A stretch of DNA of 63,850 bases from Octopus bimaculoides (GCF_001194135.2 NC_068983.1:78588633-78652482); one strand, 5' to 3'. Counted from the first letter of the stretch, positions 10,940-23,638 are shown. Numbers and translations are program-made. Notes: generated by a model not told the origin, from the letters alone.

Positions 10940-12804
10940 TTGACATGGAGAAAGCCTTTGACAGGGTCCCTGTACCCTTATCTGGTGGTCAATGAGAAAA
11001 CTAGGGATAGATGAATGGTTAGTGAGAGCTGCATGTGCCATGTACGGGGACGCTGTCAGTAGGGTGATGGTTGGCAATGAGTACAGTGAAGAATTCCGTG
11101 TAGAGGCAGGGGTCCACCAAGGTTCAGTCCTCAGCCCCCTCCTATTTATCATAGTCCTCCAGGCAATAACAGAGGAATTCAAGACAGAATGCCCTTGGGA
11201 GCTCCTCTATACTGATGACTTTGCTCTTATTGCTGAGTCACTATCAGAAGTAGAAGAGAAGTTTCAGGTGTGGAAGCATGGATTAGAGTCGAAGGGCCTT
11301 AGAGTCAACCTAGCTAAAGCCACAGCCCTAATAAGTAGAAAGGCAGACAACCCACAAAGCCCTTCAGGTAGATGGCCCTGCTTGATCTGTAGAAAAGGCA
11401 TAGGTAGAAATTCTATAAGATGTACCCAGTGTAAGCTACTGACACATAAGAGGTGCAGCAATATCAAAGGAAGGCTAACTGGGAAGATAGTTTTCTTATG
11501 TGTCAGATGCTCAGAAGCAATAAACACTGAAAATATACAGAGAATAACTTCCACCATATTCCAGGGTGAAAAGCTAGAAGTGGTTGATAGCTTTCATTAC
11601 CTAGGTGACCAAGTTAGTAACAGGGGTGGGTGCTCTGAAAGTGTAGCTGCTAGAATAAGAATAGCCTGGGCAAAGTTCAGATAGATCCTACATCTGCTGG
11701 TGACAAAGGGCCTCTCACTAAGAGCAAAAGGTAGACTGTATGACATGTGTGTACGAACAACCATGCTCCTTCGCAGTGAAACATGGGCTGTGACTGCTGA
11801 GGACATATGTATACTTGCAAGGAATGAAGCCAGTATGCTCCGCTGGATCTGTAATGTCAGTGTGCATACTCGACAGAGTATAAGTGCCTTGAGAGAAAAG
11901 TTGGACCTAAGAAGCATCAGATGTGGTGTGCAAGAAAGATGACTGCGCTGGTATGGTCATGTGGTACAAATGGATAAGGATAGCTGTGTGAAAAAGTGTC
12001 ACACCCTAGTGGTTGAGGGAAACTGTGGAAGAGGTAGACCCAGGAAGACCTGGGATGAGGTAGTGAAGCACGACCTTTGAACATTAGGCCTCACCGAGGT
12101 AATGACTAGTGACCGAGACCTTTGAGAAGACTCAGCAGGCCAAGTGAGGCCATAACCTGTTGGGTAGAGGTAGGGGTCCACCAAGTTTCAGTCCTCAGCC
12201 CCCTCCTATTTATCATAGTCTTCCAGGCAATAACAGCCTACTTAGGCATACCTTTCTTTCATTGGACACTAAACTCTGCTTGTGAAGACCTGTTGAGGCA
12301 AGTGAAATTGGAATCAAATTCGATGACAGCACCACATGACTGGCCAGTGGAGCACTAAGAGCATCATCCAAGTGTGATCGTTGCCAGGGCCACTGTGTGG
12401 CCCCTGTGCTGATGGCACATAAAAAGCACCATTCGAGCATGATCCTTACCAGCGTCACCTTACTGGCACTTGTGCCGGTGGTAGGTGGAAAACAATATTT
12501 GAACGAAGGCATTGCCAGTGCTGCTGGACTGGCTCCTGTGCAGGTGACACGTAAAAACACCATTTGAGCATGGCTGTTGCCAGTACTGCATTAGTGGCCC
12601 CCATGCCGGTGGCCCGTAAAAGCACTCACTACACTTTCAGAGTAGTTGGCATTCGGAAAGGCATCCAGCTGTAGAAACTCTCCCAGGTCAGATTGGAGCC
12701 AGGTGTAGCCATCTGGCTCACTAGTCCCCAGTCAAACCTTCCAACCCATGCCAGCATGGAAAGCGGACGTTAAACAATGATGATAATGATGATGATGATG
12801 ATGA

Positions 12805-12810
<6 letters not shown>
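10940..12810 (+). mobile_element. 5'-truncated RTE-clade LINE (RT, PHD-like insert, 3' UTR, (GAT)n tail)
   Basis: DMEKAFDRVP, GVHQGSVLSPLLF, LLYTDD, FHYLGD, LRWYGHV..GRPRKTW; tail ccaacccatgccagcatggaaagcggacgttaaacaatgatgat. Confidence 0.93.
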
Positions 12811-12845
<35 letters not shown>

Positions 12846-12863
12846 TACATACATATAAGCATA

Positions 12864-12921
<58 letters not shown>

Positions 12922-13149
12922 TGCATATATCAGTGTTTGTTTCTATATTCATTTGTAATAAAAACAATTTTTCATTAATCTGATGGTTTACTCTGCACTT
13001 TTTTAGAGTACAAATTTATTAATCTTCTACAAGAATGTTGTCAGTGACTTTGAAGTCCAATGAGGCCTTAGCTAACCGAAACTTCAAAGTTGCTCCCAAA
13101 AACATTTTTGTATAAGAATAATACATACATACATAAATAAATAAATATC

Positions 13150-13475
13150 TTTTACCTCCTACCTGTTTCAGTCATTTGACTGTGGCCATGCTTGGGTAAC
13201 ACTTTGAAGGATTTCAGTTGAATGAATCAAGTCCAGTACATTTTTCCTTGGAAGTCTAATACTTATTCTATCTCTTTTGCTGAATTACTAAATTACAGGG
13301 ATGTAAACACACCGACACTGATTGTCAGGCACTGATAGGAGACACACACCGACACAGTGACACACTCACAGATATACAGAGGCTATAGTAAAAGCACTTG
13401 CCCATGGTGCCATGCAATGGGACTGAACCCAAAACCATATGGCTGGGAACAAACTTCTTACAACCTAGCCATACA
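13150..13475 (-). mobile_element. tRNA-derived SINE, head and body
   Basis: Head at 13380-13475 (gggactgaaccc is the inverted B-box-like motif); body tttcagtcatttgactgtggccatgct...gtaaacacaccgacactgattgtca. Confidence 0.75.
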
Positions 13476-13558
13476 TACATGCATACATACATACATACAT
13501 ACATACATACCTACATATATACATATAGATAAGTATAAAGATATATGCAAGTGTATTT

Positions 13559-13602
<44 letters not shown>

Positions 13603-14210
13603 TTGCATATTTGCAAAAGCAGAACTATCTAATATATCTACTATTCACATATATAACAATCCTATGCTGTATTAAGCATCAACTATCTGTTATTCTCCCA
13701 CAAAGCACAAAGTGAAACCTAATCGAAGTGTAACAGTTAAATAGAAACAAAACAGTGTCATGGTAGAACAGAAGATAGTTTGGCTGGTATTACAATGAAA
13801 ACAGATTTCTAATAACCCACTTTCAGAACTTAGTCTGTATGTCTCTACGTCAAACAAGAACAACAGCAACAGCTATCAGACTTTTACAAGAGATTTGATA
13901 CAAAGAAAATATACACTGTGTTTTCATTAGATTAATACAACATCAGCTACTATAACAAATTATCGTTTATATGTAAGAATGTTTAACGTGTAGTATATGA
14001 GCTTATATGTTGTTGTATTTATCTATCCATTCATATATTTATCTAAAAATATTTGCATACTCACACACACACACACATGCATGTGCATGCCCTACCACAA
14101 ATGCACCCATGCACACATACAGAGAAAGTGAAAGAGAGAGAGAGAGAGAAAGAAAGAAAGAAAGAGAACCCACCTACTTTTCTGGTTATGTGTATGTCAA
14201 TGTGTTTGTT

Positions 14211-14256
<46 letters not shown>

Positions 14257-14268
14257 TGTGTGTGTATA

Positions 14269-15144
14269 CAGGGTGTGGTGAATAAATTGACATCTAAATT
14301 GTGCAAAAATGAAAATAACACTGACATCTTATTTTAACAGATATATTTGCCAACATTACATAAAAATATCTTGAATACTAAAGAATAAAAACCTATTCAA
14401 TAAAATCGCCATTGGCTTCAGCCACAATCTCCAGACGAATTTGGCATCTCCTGTAACTCTTCTGGGTGGCCTCCTTGTTTAAGTTGGTGAATGCTGCCAT
14501 AATCCTTGCCTTCTGTTCATCTTTGATGTTACAAAGAGTTTTGTTGGTCTCTCGCTCAACTACACCTCATACATAATAATCAAGGGAGTTGCAGTCTGGG
14601 AAGTTAGATGGCCAGATATTAGGGGTGATGTGGTCGCAGAAATTGTCTGACAGCCATGAGAGGGTTCTCCTGCATGGTGCATGAGGAGTACTGAATGTCT
14701 TCATGCACTACTTACCTGATAAGAAACTCAGACACTCCCATGTCTCTGGCGATGGACCTGATTGAATTGTAGGGATCGTTGTCAATCATAGCCTGGTTGT
14801 CTCAAACAAATTCAGGAGTTCTTTTCTTATCAGAACAATCAGAGTGAGTTTTCCAAGCTGCTGTACTTTTGTAATCACCGTTAAATTTATTCAATACTTT
14901 CCGAATCCTCTGCACTCTCCTTGGATTGATACCCAAACACTCTGAAATGTTCTTATTGGAGCTTCTGGCATGAATGTCAAGTAGTACAGCATGTCGTTTC
15001 CAAATTTCTGGTAGAGTGAATCATGTCATGGTACTGTTTTTCTCACAGATGGTTCCCAACAGACCCTACCAAAATCAAAAGCAAACAATGTGGATGCACA
15101 AAATAAAAAATATATAACAGTGGCTATTTACCCATTGCACCCTG
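14269..15144 (-). mobile_element. Internally deleted Tc1/mariner element (WPxNxPDCNxLDY type, maT-like)
   Basis: Ends cagggtg...caccctg with TA on both sides. Minus strand: N-terminal HTH (SIRSIARDMGVSEFLIR..VVHEDI) joined near 14690 to IWPSNFPDCNSLDYYV*GVVERETNK...EANGDFIE*. Confidence 0.88.
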
Positions 15145-15644
15145 TATATATATATATATATATGGCTGGGAATATATGTATATATATATATATATANNNN
15201 NNNNNNNNNNNNNNNNNNNNNNNNNNNNNNNNNNNNNNNNNNNNNNNNNNNNNNNNNNNNNNNNNNNNNNNNNNNNNNNNNNNNNNNNNNNNNNNNNNNN
15301 NNNNNNNNNNNNNNNNNNNNNNNNNNNNNNNNNNNNNNNNNNNNNNNNNNNNNNNNNNNNNNNNNNNNNNNNNNNNNNNNNNNNNNNNNNNNNNNNNNNN
15401 NNNNNNNNNNNNNNNNNNNNNNNNNNAAAAGGGGGGGGCGTTGTTTTACCCTAAATTTATATAGCAATTAGAAAATGGAGGATAATATGCTGTACCCAAC
15501 GACTTGCAGACAGTGTATCCCGTTGAATTAATTGATTTGTAACTAAAGTGACAAAAAACCACAAAGTACAAGTGTTTATGACAAACCATGTTATATTGAC
15601 AACTGGGTTGGGACATAAATGCACCAACATTGGTTGTCAAGTGA

Positions 15645-15752
15645 GAACAAACAATCTACCAAATCCACTCACAAGGCTTTGGTGAGCTCGTGGTGCCACC
15701 CAGAACCAAGTGCTTGGGAAGCAAGCTTCTTACGACACATCCACTCCTGCAT
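15645..15752 (-). mobile_element. SINE head fragment with internal deletion
   Basis: tctaccaaatccactcacaaggctttgg...ggaagcaagcttcttacgacacatccactcctgc. Confidence 0.7.
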
Positions 15753-16147
15753 CTATGAATTAATATCATTGACTTGAAAAGAATAAACTCGTTTTGTGTT
15801 TTTTACATCCGGGCATATATTTGTGTGTTTGTGTATATCGTCATATATATATAAAATTTCCAGATTTCATGAGAATCAGATACTTAAATAGTGAAACCAC
15901 GATGGTGATGTCAGTAATAGTGTTATCATGTACAAATAATATTTGAAGACAAATACGTACTTACTAAAATAAACTAAGATTTGTTCTCCCAGTTATGCAT
16001 AAATTCACAAATGGCTAATGAAATACTCAAGTCATCAAGGTCACACATAGGTACAATCACTGCACCAATTGCACCACCATCTATAGACTCTAGATCCAAA
16101 CGAATTGCAGGTTCCAAGTTAGGTGAATGATAAACAAATAACAAGCA

Positions 16148-16330
16148 TCATCATCAGTTGATGTATGTATAGTATGTTGGTATGGGTTAGAAGGTTCAGT
16201 AGGATCTGGAAAGCCAGATGACTGTGCCATCCTCCAATGTCTGTTCTGACATAACTTCTACAGCTAGATGCCACTCCTAATGCCAACCACTTCACAGAGT
16301 GCAATTGACACTTTAAATGGCACTGCCACT
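16148..16330 (-). mobile_element. Degraded RTE-type tail
   Basis: catcatcag...cttctacagctagatgccactcctaatgccaaccacttcacagagtg. Confidence 0.65.
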
Positions 16331-16559
16331 TGTGAAGTCAGCAAGTAATTCACAAGATGGTTTGTGTTTGGTAGTAAAGTGACAATAAATTGTATTATTG
16401 TTTTATAAGTTTTATAATAGATGAGTTAGATATGTCAAATCCCCTTCCAAAAGCAATGAAAGAATCTGATTGGGTTGTTCAATGTAGTGAATCTTTATAC
16501 AAGCACCCTTTGTGATATCCAGGCACAAACAAATCAAAAAAATATATGAAAACTTAATG

Positions 16560-17105
16560 TTTTATCTTACATTTTCAACCAAAACCCTAAAAACAAAGGG
16601 ACCTGTGACATATTTCAAAATATACCAAAAATGACTCCAGGGGGAACCAAATTCTGCAAATATATGACATCAGCAAAAAATATTAACAAAGGCCAAATTT
16701 ATCAGAATAACAACAAAAGTAAAAGTAATAAATGTGTAAGATCCAACTTTAGTACTTCTTTAAATCTGTCAGAAGGATCAGAAATCCATTTGAAACAAGG
16801 GCAATACTTCGAAATAAAATAGAACTTTACCTGTGAATTTGAAATCCTAATTTATACAAAAGCATGCTCAGGTTGTGCAGAAAACTACATGGGGAAAACC
16901 ATAAATCATTAAGAAAATGCATGACTACATAAATCACAAATTCAAATGCCAGAGTACAGACAAACAGGACTCATTGAACATATAGACATATGTGCTAGTA
17001 TAAAAAAAAATTCAGTCTGTCTCTTACATCAATTTGCTGATGGCACATTGCAAGAAAAACCCATCAACAAAGAAATAACTTTTACAATGACCACTTCTTA
17101 AACAC
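16560..17105 (+). mobile_element. Penelope-like element GIY-YIG relic
   Basis: NFTCEFEILIYTKACSGCAENYMGKT...HKSQIQMPEYRQTGLIEHIDICAS. Confidence 0.7.
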
Positions 17106-17136
17106 TGTGGGACAGAAATTGATACAATAACTAAAG

Positions 17137-17138
<2 letters not shown>

Positions 17139-17168
<30 letters not shown>

Positions 17169-17235
17169 GCTACTACTACTGCTGCTGCTGCTGCTACTAC
17201 TACTATTTCTGCTGCTGCTTCTGATACTGCTACTG
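17139..17235. repeat. (CTA)n/(CTG)n trinucleotide tract
   Basis: Directly visible. Confidence 0.9.
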
Positions 17236-17673
17236 AAGGAGAGGAAAAGAAATCATTCATGCTACATCAACAGATTCTACCATTTCTACCACTACTACTA
17301 CCACAACTTCTCTTACTATTATGACTCACTACTTGATATCAATATTACTAGTAAGGAACAATAGACAACTGCCTCTGTTAAAACCGATATCAAAACTCTT
17401 GTGACTCAGCAGCCATCTGTAGGAAACCAACAACCACCCCTTGTGAATTCTGAAAGAAAACTGTGAACTTTTAAAACTGCTATCATGAAAGATTAACCCA
17501 TATATACCCCTGGTTGCGTTTTCACAACACAAAACCTGCTCTTACTTGTTTGGACATGAACTCACCCAGAAGCATTTGACTGAGCATACGAAAAATTCAG
17601 TAGGTAGTCAACACCCATAGCTAACAGTTGCATACTGTCCTTCTCTTCCAGATTGGGAAAGCTTACCATGGTT

Positions 17674-18003
17674 GGCACTCCGTCGGTTACGACGACGAGG
17701 GTTCCAGTTGATCCGATCAACGGAACAGCCTGCTTGTGAAATTAACGTGCAAGTGGCTGAGCACTCCACAGACACGTGTAGCCTTAACATAGTTCTTGGG
17801 GAGATTCAGCGTAACACAGAGTGTGACAAGGCTGGCCCTTTGAAATACAGGTGCAACAGAAACAGGAAGAAAGAGTAAGAGAAAGTTGTGATGAAATAGT
17901 ACAGCAGGGTTCACCACCATCCCCTGCCAGAGCCATGTGGAACTTTAGGTGTTTTCACTCAATAAACAGTCCACTGCCCTAACCACTGAGCCATTGCGCC
18001 TCC
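17674..18003 (-). mobile_element. tRNA-derived SINE (probably octopus OK-type) with a 13-bp target site duplication
   Basis: Head ggaggcgcaatggctcagtggttagggcagtggac; TSD gaaagcttaccat at 17657-17669 and 18006-18018; homologous to 21320-21643. Confidence 0.9.
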
Positions 18004-18249
18004 ACGAAAGCTTACCATAATGTTTAATCTAAATAAAGTGAAATTTTAAGATTTCATTTTGTTATGGACATATATGGGTTAATTTAATTTAATTTATTTT
18101 AATTTTTTCTTATTGCATGACTAAATTGTCTTACATAATTGAAACTATTTGGATATCTTGATAAAAATGCTAATTTTCCTCCTTTTATTTATGATAAAGT
18201 CCTAGAAAAAATTTTAAGTAAGAAGAGAATTTCAAGACTGGCAGTCTGT

Positions 18250-19200
18250 GAGAATTCCTATAAGCTGACAACCTACTTTAAGTGACTGAATTTGCCAAAG
18301 AATTAGAGAAAGATTCTTAAAGTTTGAAGTAGAACCCAGAATATAAAATACACCTGACAAAGGCTAATATTTTAGTTAGCAGTAAAGAATTTAAAACTCT
18401 ACTGCCATCTAGAAAGTGACCATATTTGTGATGCAGGAAATGAATAAGTATGAACTCTATACTGTGTGATAAATGTAAATTATATGTGCACAAAGGAGCA
18501 GTGGGAGTTCAAGCATATGACAGAGGAGAAAGACTTCTTTCATAACAGATGCATACAAGTTGTTACTTGTAAGAGAACTTACAAAATGCAATTTTTCAAC
18601 TTCTGAAAAGCCTTGCTAGTGGCTGACACATTCTGTTACCAGGCCAACTTAATCTGCAGTGAACGTAGATCTAAAAGCACAGCAGCCTCATTTAGAATAT
18701 GATGGAAAAGCTTCAGAGAATAATTACATCCGTAATAATGCAAAAGAAGGGCTACTTTTCCTAGTGAAAAACAGATTGTATTATGGTTGTGTATACAGGG
18801 TCACTGCATGAATGCTAAATGCTTACAGTATGTAAAAGATATGTAAAAACTGCACAGAAGTGATACAAACATGCTTCATATAATGTGTAATGTCAGTGTA
18901 CATGGATGACAGAGTATAGTTCAGCTGAGGAAAAAGTGTGCATTAAAGGAATCAGTCATTAAAAATAAGAGAGAAAACTATACATGTTATGCATATGAAT
19001 GATGGCAATTGGATTGAGAAGGGTCTAGAAATCTAAAGGGAAGGAGCTAGAAGAAGAGAGAAAACTAAGAAGGTTTTCGAAGAAATGGTGAAGACTTATC
19101 TTGGAATGGTGAACTTCAGAATGGAGATTATAAGTGATTACTACAAATCCAAAGATACTGTGCCAGGGCAGACTTATCCAATTAATGCTTGGACTGCGAA
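18250..19200 (+). mobile_element. Old RTE LINE relic, related to 10940-12810
   Basis: MNSILCDKCKLYVHK (PHD remnant), LVADTFCY, DTNMLHIMCNVSVHG*QSIVQLRKK. Confidence 0.7.
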
Positions 19201-20278
19201 AATGGATGTAAAAAGGATGTAAAAATGATATTTATATTTGTGACAATGATGATGTATACCATCATTCATTCATATATTTGTATATGTACATATACATACA
19301 CACACGTAAGCATGAATACACCCACGTGTATGTATGTATAGTCATATTAATTATTGCATGTATATCTATCTCATCTATCACTGATATCAGATTTTCTTTA
19401 TTAGCTCGTCTATTTCTCACCATCCATTCATTATGGATATCCCAATCCAATGTCAGTAGCTTCGTTTTGCAATATAACAAAATTATTAAAATATATGATT
19501 AATAGCAATTTGCATCATGGAAATTATACATCTATCCACTGTTTGGATCAACTTTCTCATATTCTTAGAATCTGAGGTCCTCATTAAAAGCCCCCACAAC
19601 ATCAGATAATATGTAATCTATATATGATGGATGAGTTAGAGGAAAACTATGAGAGCGAGAGAAAGAGTAAGAAACTACGATGGTAATGGAAGAAGTCAAT
19701 TTTGCTAACTACTAAACCATAAATACACACACACACACACAAGACACCTTACAGAATATATTTCTGCTGTTATTTGAAAGTAAGACGTTATGAAGGAGCT
19801 GATATGGCATACTGCTCAATATATTTTCATATAATCCATAGCCCATCATTTCATTCCTATTATTGCTTCTGGAACATAGCAGAAAGTAATTTTAGCAGCA
19901 TTTAGGCCTTTTCATTGATACTAACCCACTAGAGTTAGCTACTGGTTCTATGACACAAAACTATCCATTTGAATGTGTTTATATCAACATATGTAGTTTC
20001 TACGAAAATTTTGATTAGAAAACTTAAAATTAAGACCAGAAATTGTGTTCCAAATATCAGTCTTACAATGGAGAATTAATTTATTTCATTAAACTCCTGT
20101 AAATTCTTTATTATTTAATAAACTAATTGAAACACATAGAAATGTAGTCCTGAAAGGGTTAATAGCTTTGGCTGAATATGTGATATCATTGTAAAATTGA
20201 GTTCAAGGTTTAAACTCCTATAATGACAATAGTGGCAGCTGTGGTGACTCCACCTACAACAATTTCTATTATGATAAA

Positions 20279-20500
20279 AGGTGGCAAGCTGCCAAAATCT
20301 TTAGCATGCTAGATGAAATGCTTAGCAGTATTTCTTCTGTCTTTACATTCTGAGTTCAAATGCTGCCAGGGTCGACTTTGCCTATCAACCTTTCAGGGTC
20401 AATAAGTTAAGAACCAGTTATGCGCTGGAGTCAACGTAATCGACTTAATCCCTTCCCCCAAAATTTGAGGCCTTGTACTTCCAGTAGAAGGAATTTCTAT
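20279..20500 (+). mobile_element. tRNA-derived SINE (ttctgagttcaaat family)
   Basis: ggcaagctg...gaaatgcttagcagtatttc...ttctgagttcaaat...gtcgactttgcc...aatcgactta. Confidence 0.8.
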
Positions 20501-21319
20501 TATGATGCTGGTGATGACAATGACATGAGGAAAGAGGGAAGAGGTGGAGGACAAAAACAAAAGTAACAACAACAAAAAGATGACCTAGTGGTGTTGATGA
20601 TGGTGGTGTTGGTGGCAGTGGTGGTGGCAGTGGCAGCAGCTCTAACACAGGCACAAGGCCAGATATTCAGAGAATGAGTTAGTAAATAAAAGAGGGCCCT
20701 CCACAGCATGATTTGGACTCAGAATGTAAATCTCAGAATAAACATTGCAAATCATTTTGTCAGATGTTTTAATGGTTCAGCCAATCTATTGTCCTAAATC
20801 TTTTTTATATACCAACCTGCATGGCAGCAGCCTTTAGATGAAAGTAACCAGATTCTAAAGTGTTAGGTTAACCTTGAGGCTGAATGATCAATATGAGTGT
20901 GGCTGTAGTCTATATGGGCGGCATGGATTAAATAGTCTACCCTCGTATGGGGTGGGGACAGCCAGGCTAAAGTTTGTGGTATTTCTGGATTGTCAACTGT
21001 CAGTGGCCTGAAGTTCATAAACAAGGTGTATTAATGTGGTGACAGCTCCATGCCAACCTCCTGGCTAAGCGTGTGAGCCTAAGAATAACGACAAAGACTG
21101 GTGGTGCTTAGATAACATTAACATCACATAACCTGAGCTAACCAATAGCGACCTAACATCTAGAAGCAATCTTGAATTGGTCTTAATCTATGTATGTATA
21201 TATGTATGTATGTATGTACATATATGTACAAATATGCACACACACATTTATATGTGTGTGTGTGTGTGTGTGTGTTCATGTCCGTCTGTATATATGTATG
21301 TATGTATGTATGTATGTGT

Positions 21320-21643
21320 GGAGGTGCAATGGACCAGTGGTCAGGGCAGTGGACTCGCGGTCATAGGATCGCGGTTTCAATTCCCAGACCGGGCATTGTG
21401 AGTGTTTATTGAGCAAAAACACCTAAAGCTCCACGAGGCTCCGGCAGGGGATGGTGGCGAACCCTGCTGTACCCTTCCACCACAACTTTCTCTCACTCTT
21501 ACTTCCTGTTTCTGTTGTACCTGTAATTCAAAGGGTCAGCCTTGTCACACTATGTCACGCTGAATATCCCCCGAGAACTACGTTAAGGGTACACGTGTCT
21601 GTGGAGTGCTCAGCCACTTGCACGTTAATTTTCCGAGCAGGCT
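21320..21643 (+). mobile_element. tRNA-derived SINE (probably OK-type), 3'-truncated
   Basis: A-box-like tggaccagtgg and B-box-like ggtttcaattccc; body matches 17674-18003. Confidence 0.9.
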
Positions 21644-23059
21644 TTATATTTATCTATATGTACGTATTACATGTGTGTAATATATATGTATATATTAACA
21701 GAAGCAGTTTTAATACTGAATGACAGTCATTATCTGCAAGTTAACGTAGATATATTGTCAGGGACAAATTGGTATTAATACGACTTTTGTTGTTGTACAT
21801 ATTTATGTTTTAAAGAGCCTGCTGGCTATTTGCAATGTCAGTGACTGAACATTCACTGTTTTTACTATACATCATTGGCAGCAATGGGATTTCACGGGTA
21901 TGTGGTGAGTGGAAGCCTTTTACTATTGTATGTGAAGTGATGTGGTCTAGTAATTCGACCACCCATGCTGAGCATTTCTCATTTGCTAATAATATATCTG
22001 TACTTCTTAGCACTGTATGTCTACATAAAGGGATCTTTCAAAGCAAATACCACAGTAATACGATGTTTTTACAAAAATATGCATATATATATATATATAT
22101 ATATATANNNNNNNNNNNNNNNNNNNNNNNNNNNNNNNNNNNNNNNNNNNNNNNNNNNNNNNNNNNNNNNNNNNNNNNNNNNNNNNNNNNNNNNNNNNNN
22201 NNNNNNNNNNNNNNNNNNNNNNNNNNNNNNNNNNNNNNNNNNNNNNNNNNNNNNNNNNNNNNNNNNNNNNNNNNNNNNNNNNNNNNNNNNNNNNNNNNNN
22301 NNNNNNNNNNNNNNNNNNNNNNNNNNNNNNNNNNNNNNNNNNNNNNNNNNNNNNNNNNNNNNNNNNNNNNNNNNNNNNNNNNNNNNNNNNNNNNNNNNNN
22401 NNNNNNNNNNNNNNNNNNNNNNNNNNNNNNNNNNNNNNNNNNNNNNNNNNNNNNNNNNNNNNNNNNNNNNNNNNNNNNNNNNNNNNNNNNNNNNNNNNNN
22501 NNNNNNNNNNNNNNNNNNNNNNNNNNNNNNNNNNNNNNNNNNNNNNNNNNNNNNNNNNNNNNNNNNNNNNNNNNNNNNNNNNNNNNNNNNNNNNNNNNNN
22601 NNNNNNNNNNNNNNNNNNNNNNNNNNNNNNNNNNNNNNNNNNNNNNNNNNNATTATTTATTTCTACAAACGTAATAATAAAAAATATGAATGAAAAAATT
22701 ATGAATGGAAAAAATTATGAATGAAAAAATTAGGAAAGAAAAAATTATTAAGAATAAAAGGTTAAACTTTATATATATATACAAAGTTTTGATTTTAAAA
22801 AAACTTTAACGATATTATAAACTATAAAGATTAATAATTAATCAAATAATATTAATCAAAAATAATCGAAAATATATCAACACTATTCCAATCGAAGTTC
22901 TAATATTATGTTGAAATGAAACTATAACTTCTAAATAATATAGTGTTAAATAAGTTATCTATTAAAATAATCTATAAAGAACCAAATGAATAGTATAAAA
23001 ACATGAATACATATTATTTTCAAATATATATATATATATGTATATATAAGTCAATAAAT

Positions 23060-23480
23060 AGTGGGGTTGTGTTAACCGCACGTTGAGAAATAATAGGAAA
23101 ATAATAATAAGGCAGAATGCTAAACTGAAAGAATAATTTTAATATAGATGTGTAAAAAGGATTTCTAACCGGCTTTCATTGCATGGCAAATTTTCAAGAA
23201 GAGGGAGAATGAAAATGTTTTTTACGAAAAAATAAAAAAATAATATATAAAAAAATAATATTAAAAAAAAATATATATACCAATACCTTATATTGTCTTT
23301 GAGCTTTTAAAGTTCAATGATAATCCATGTAGATAATTGTTAGAAAGATTAGGATGCATGAAATTGAGAGTCGTGTTTTGTTTAAAGAAACAAAAGGGCT
23401 GAAAGCTTATGCGTTAAGCAGGAAGTGTGGTGTCAAAACAGGAAGTGTGTAAGGGAAGACAATTCTGTGGGTTTTATACT
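23060..23480 (-). mobile_element. Possible PLE terminal-repeat (pLTR) relic with a degenerate hammerhead
   Basis: Minus strand ttct-TGAAAA-tttgccatgcaat-GAAA-gccggt-T-agaa at 23163-23200. Confidence 0.4.
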
Positions 23481-23525
23481 CTTTAGCTGGAGTTCTGGAT
23501 GTGTGTGTGTGTATACATATATATA

Positions 23526-23633
23526 TCATCATCATCATCATCATCATTGTTTAACGTACGCTTTCAATGCTAGCATAGGTTGGACGATTTGACTGAGAAC
23601 TGGTGAAACCGGATGGCAACACCAGGCTCCAAT
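23526..23633 (-). mobile_element. RTE-type tail, close copy of 8412-8510
   Basis: Shares ggttggacgatttgactgag.actggtgaaaccggatggcaacaccaggctccaatct. Confidence 0.85.
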
Positions 23634-23638
23634 CTATA

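Noticed and set aside
17564-18050. Possible minus-strand exon interrupted by the SINE (acceptor near 18030, GTGAGT donor near 17565)
   Set aside because: No recognisable peptide, and splice-like words are common in this composition.
21320-21400. tRNA gene
   Set aside because: It is a SINE head that continues into SINE body sequence; all tRNA-like segments here are SINE heads.
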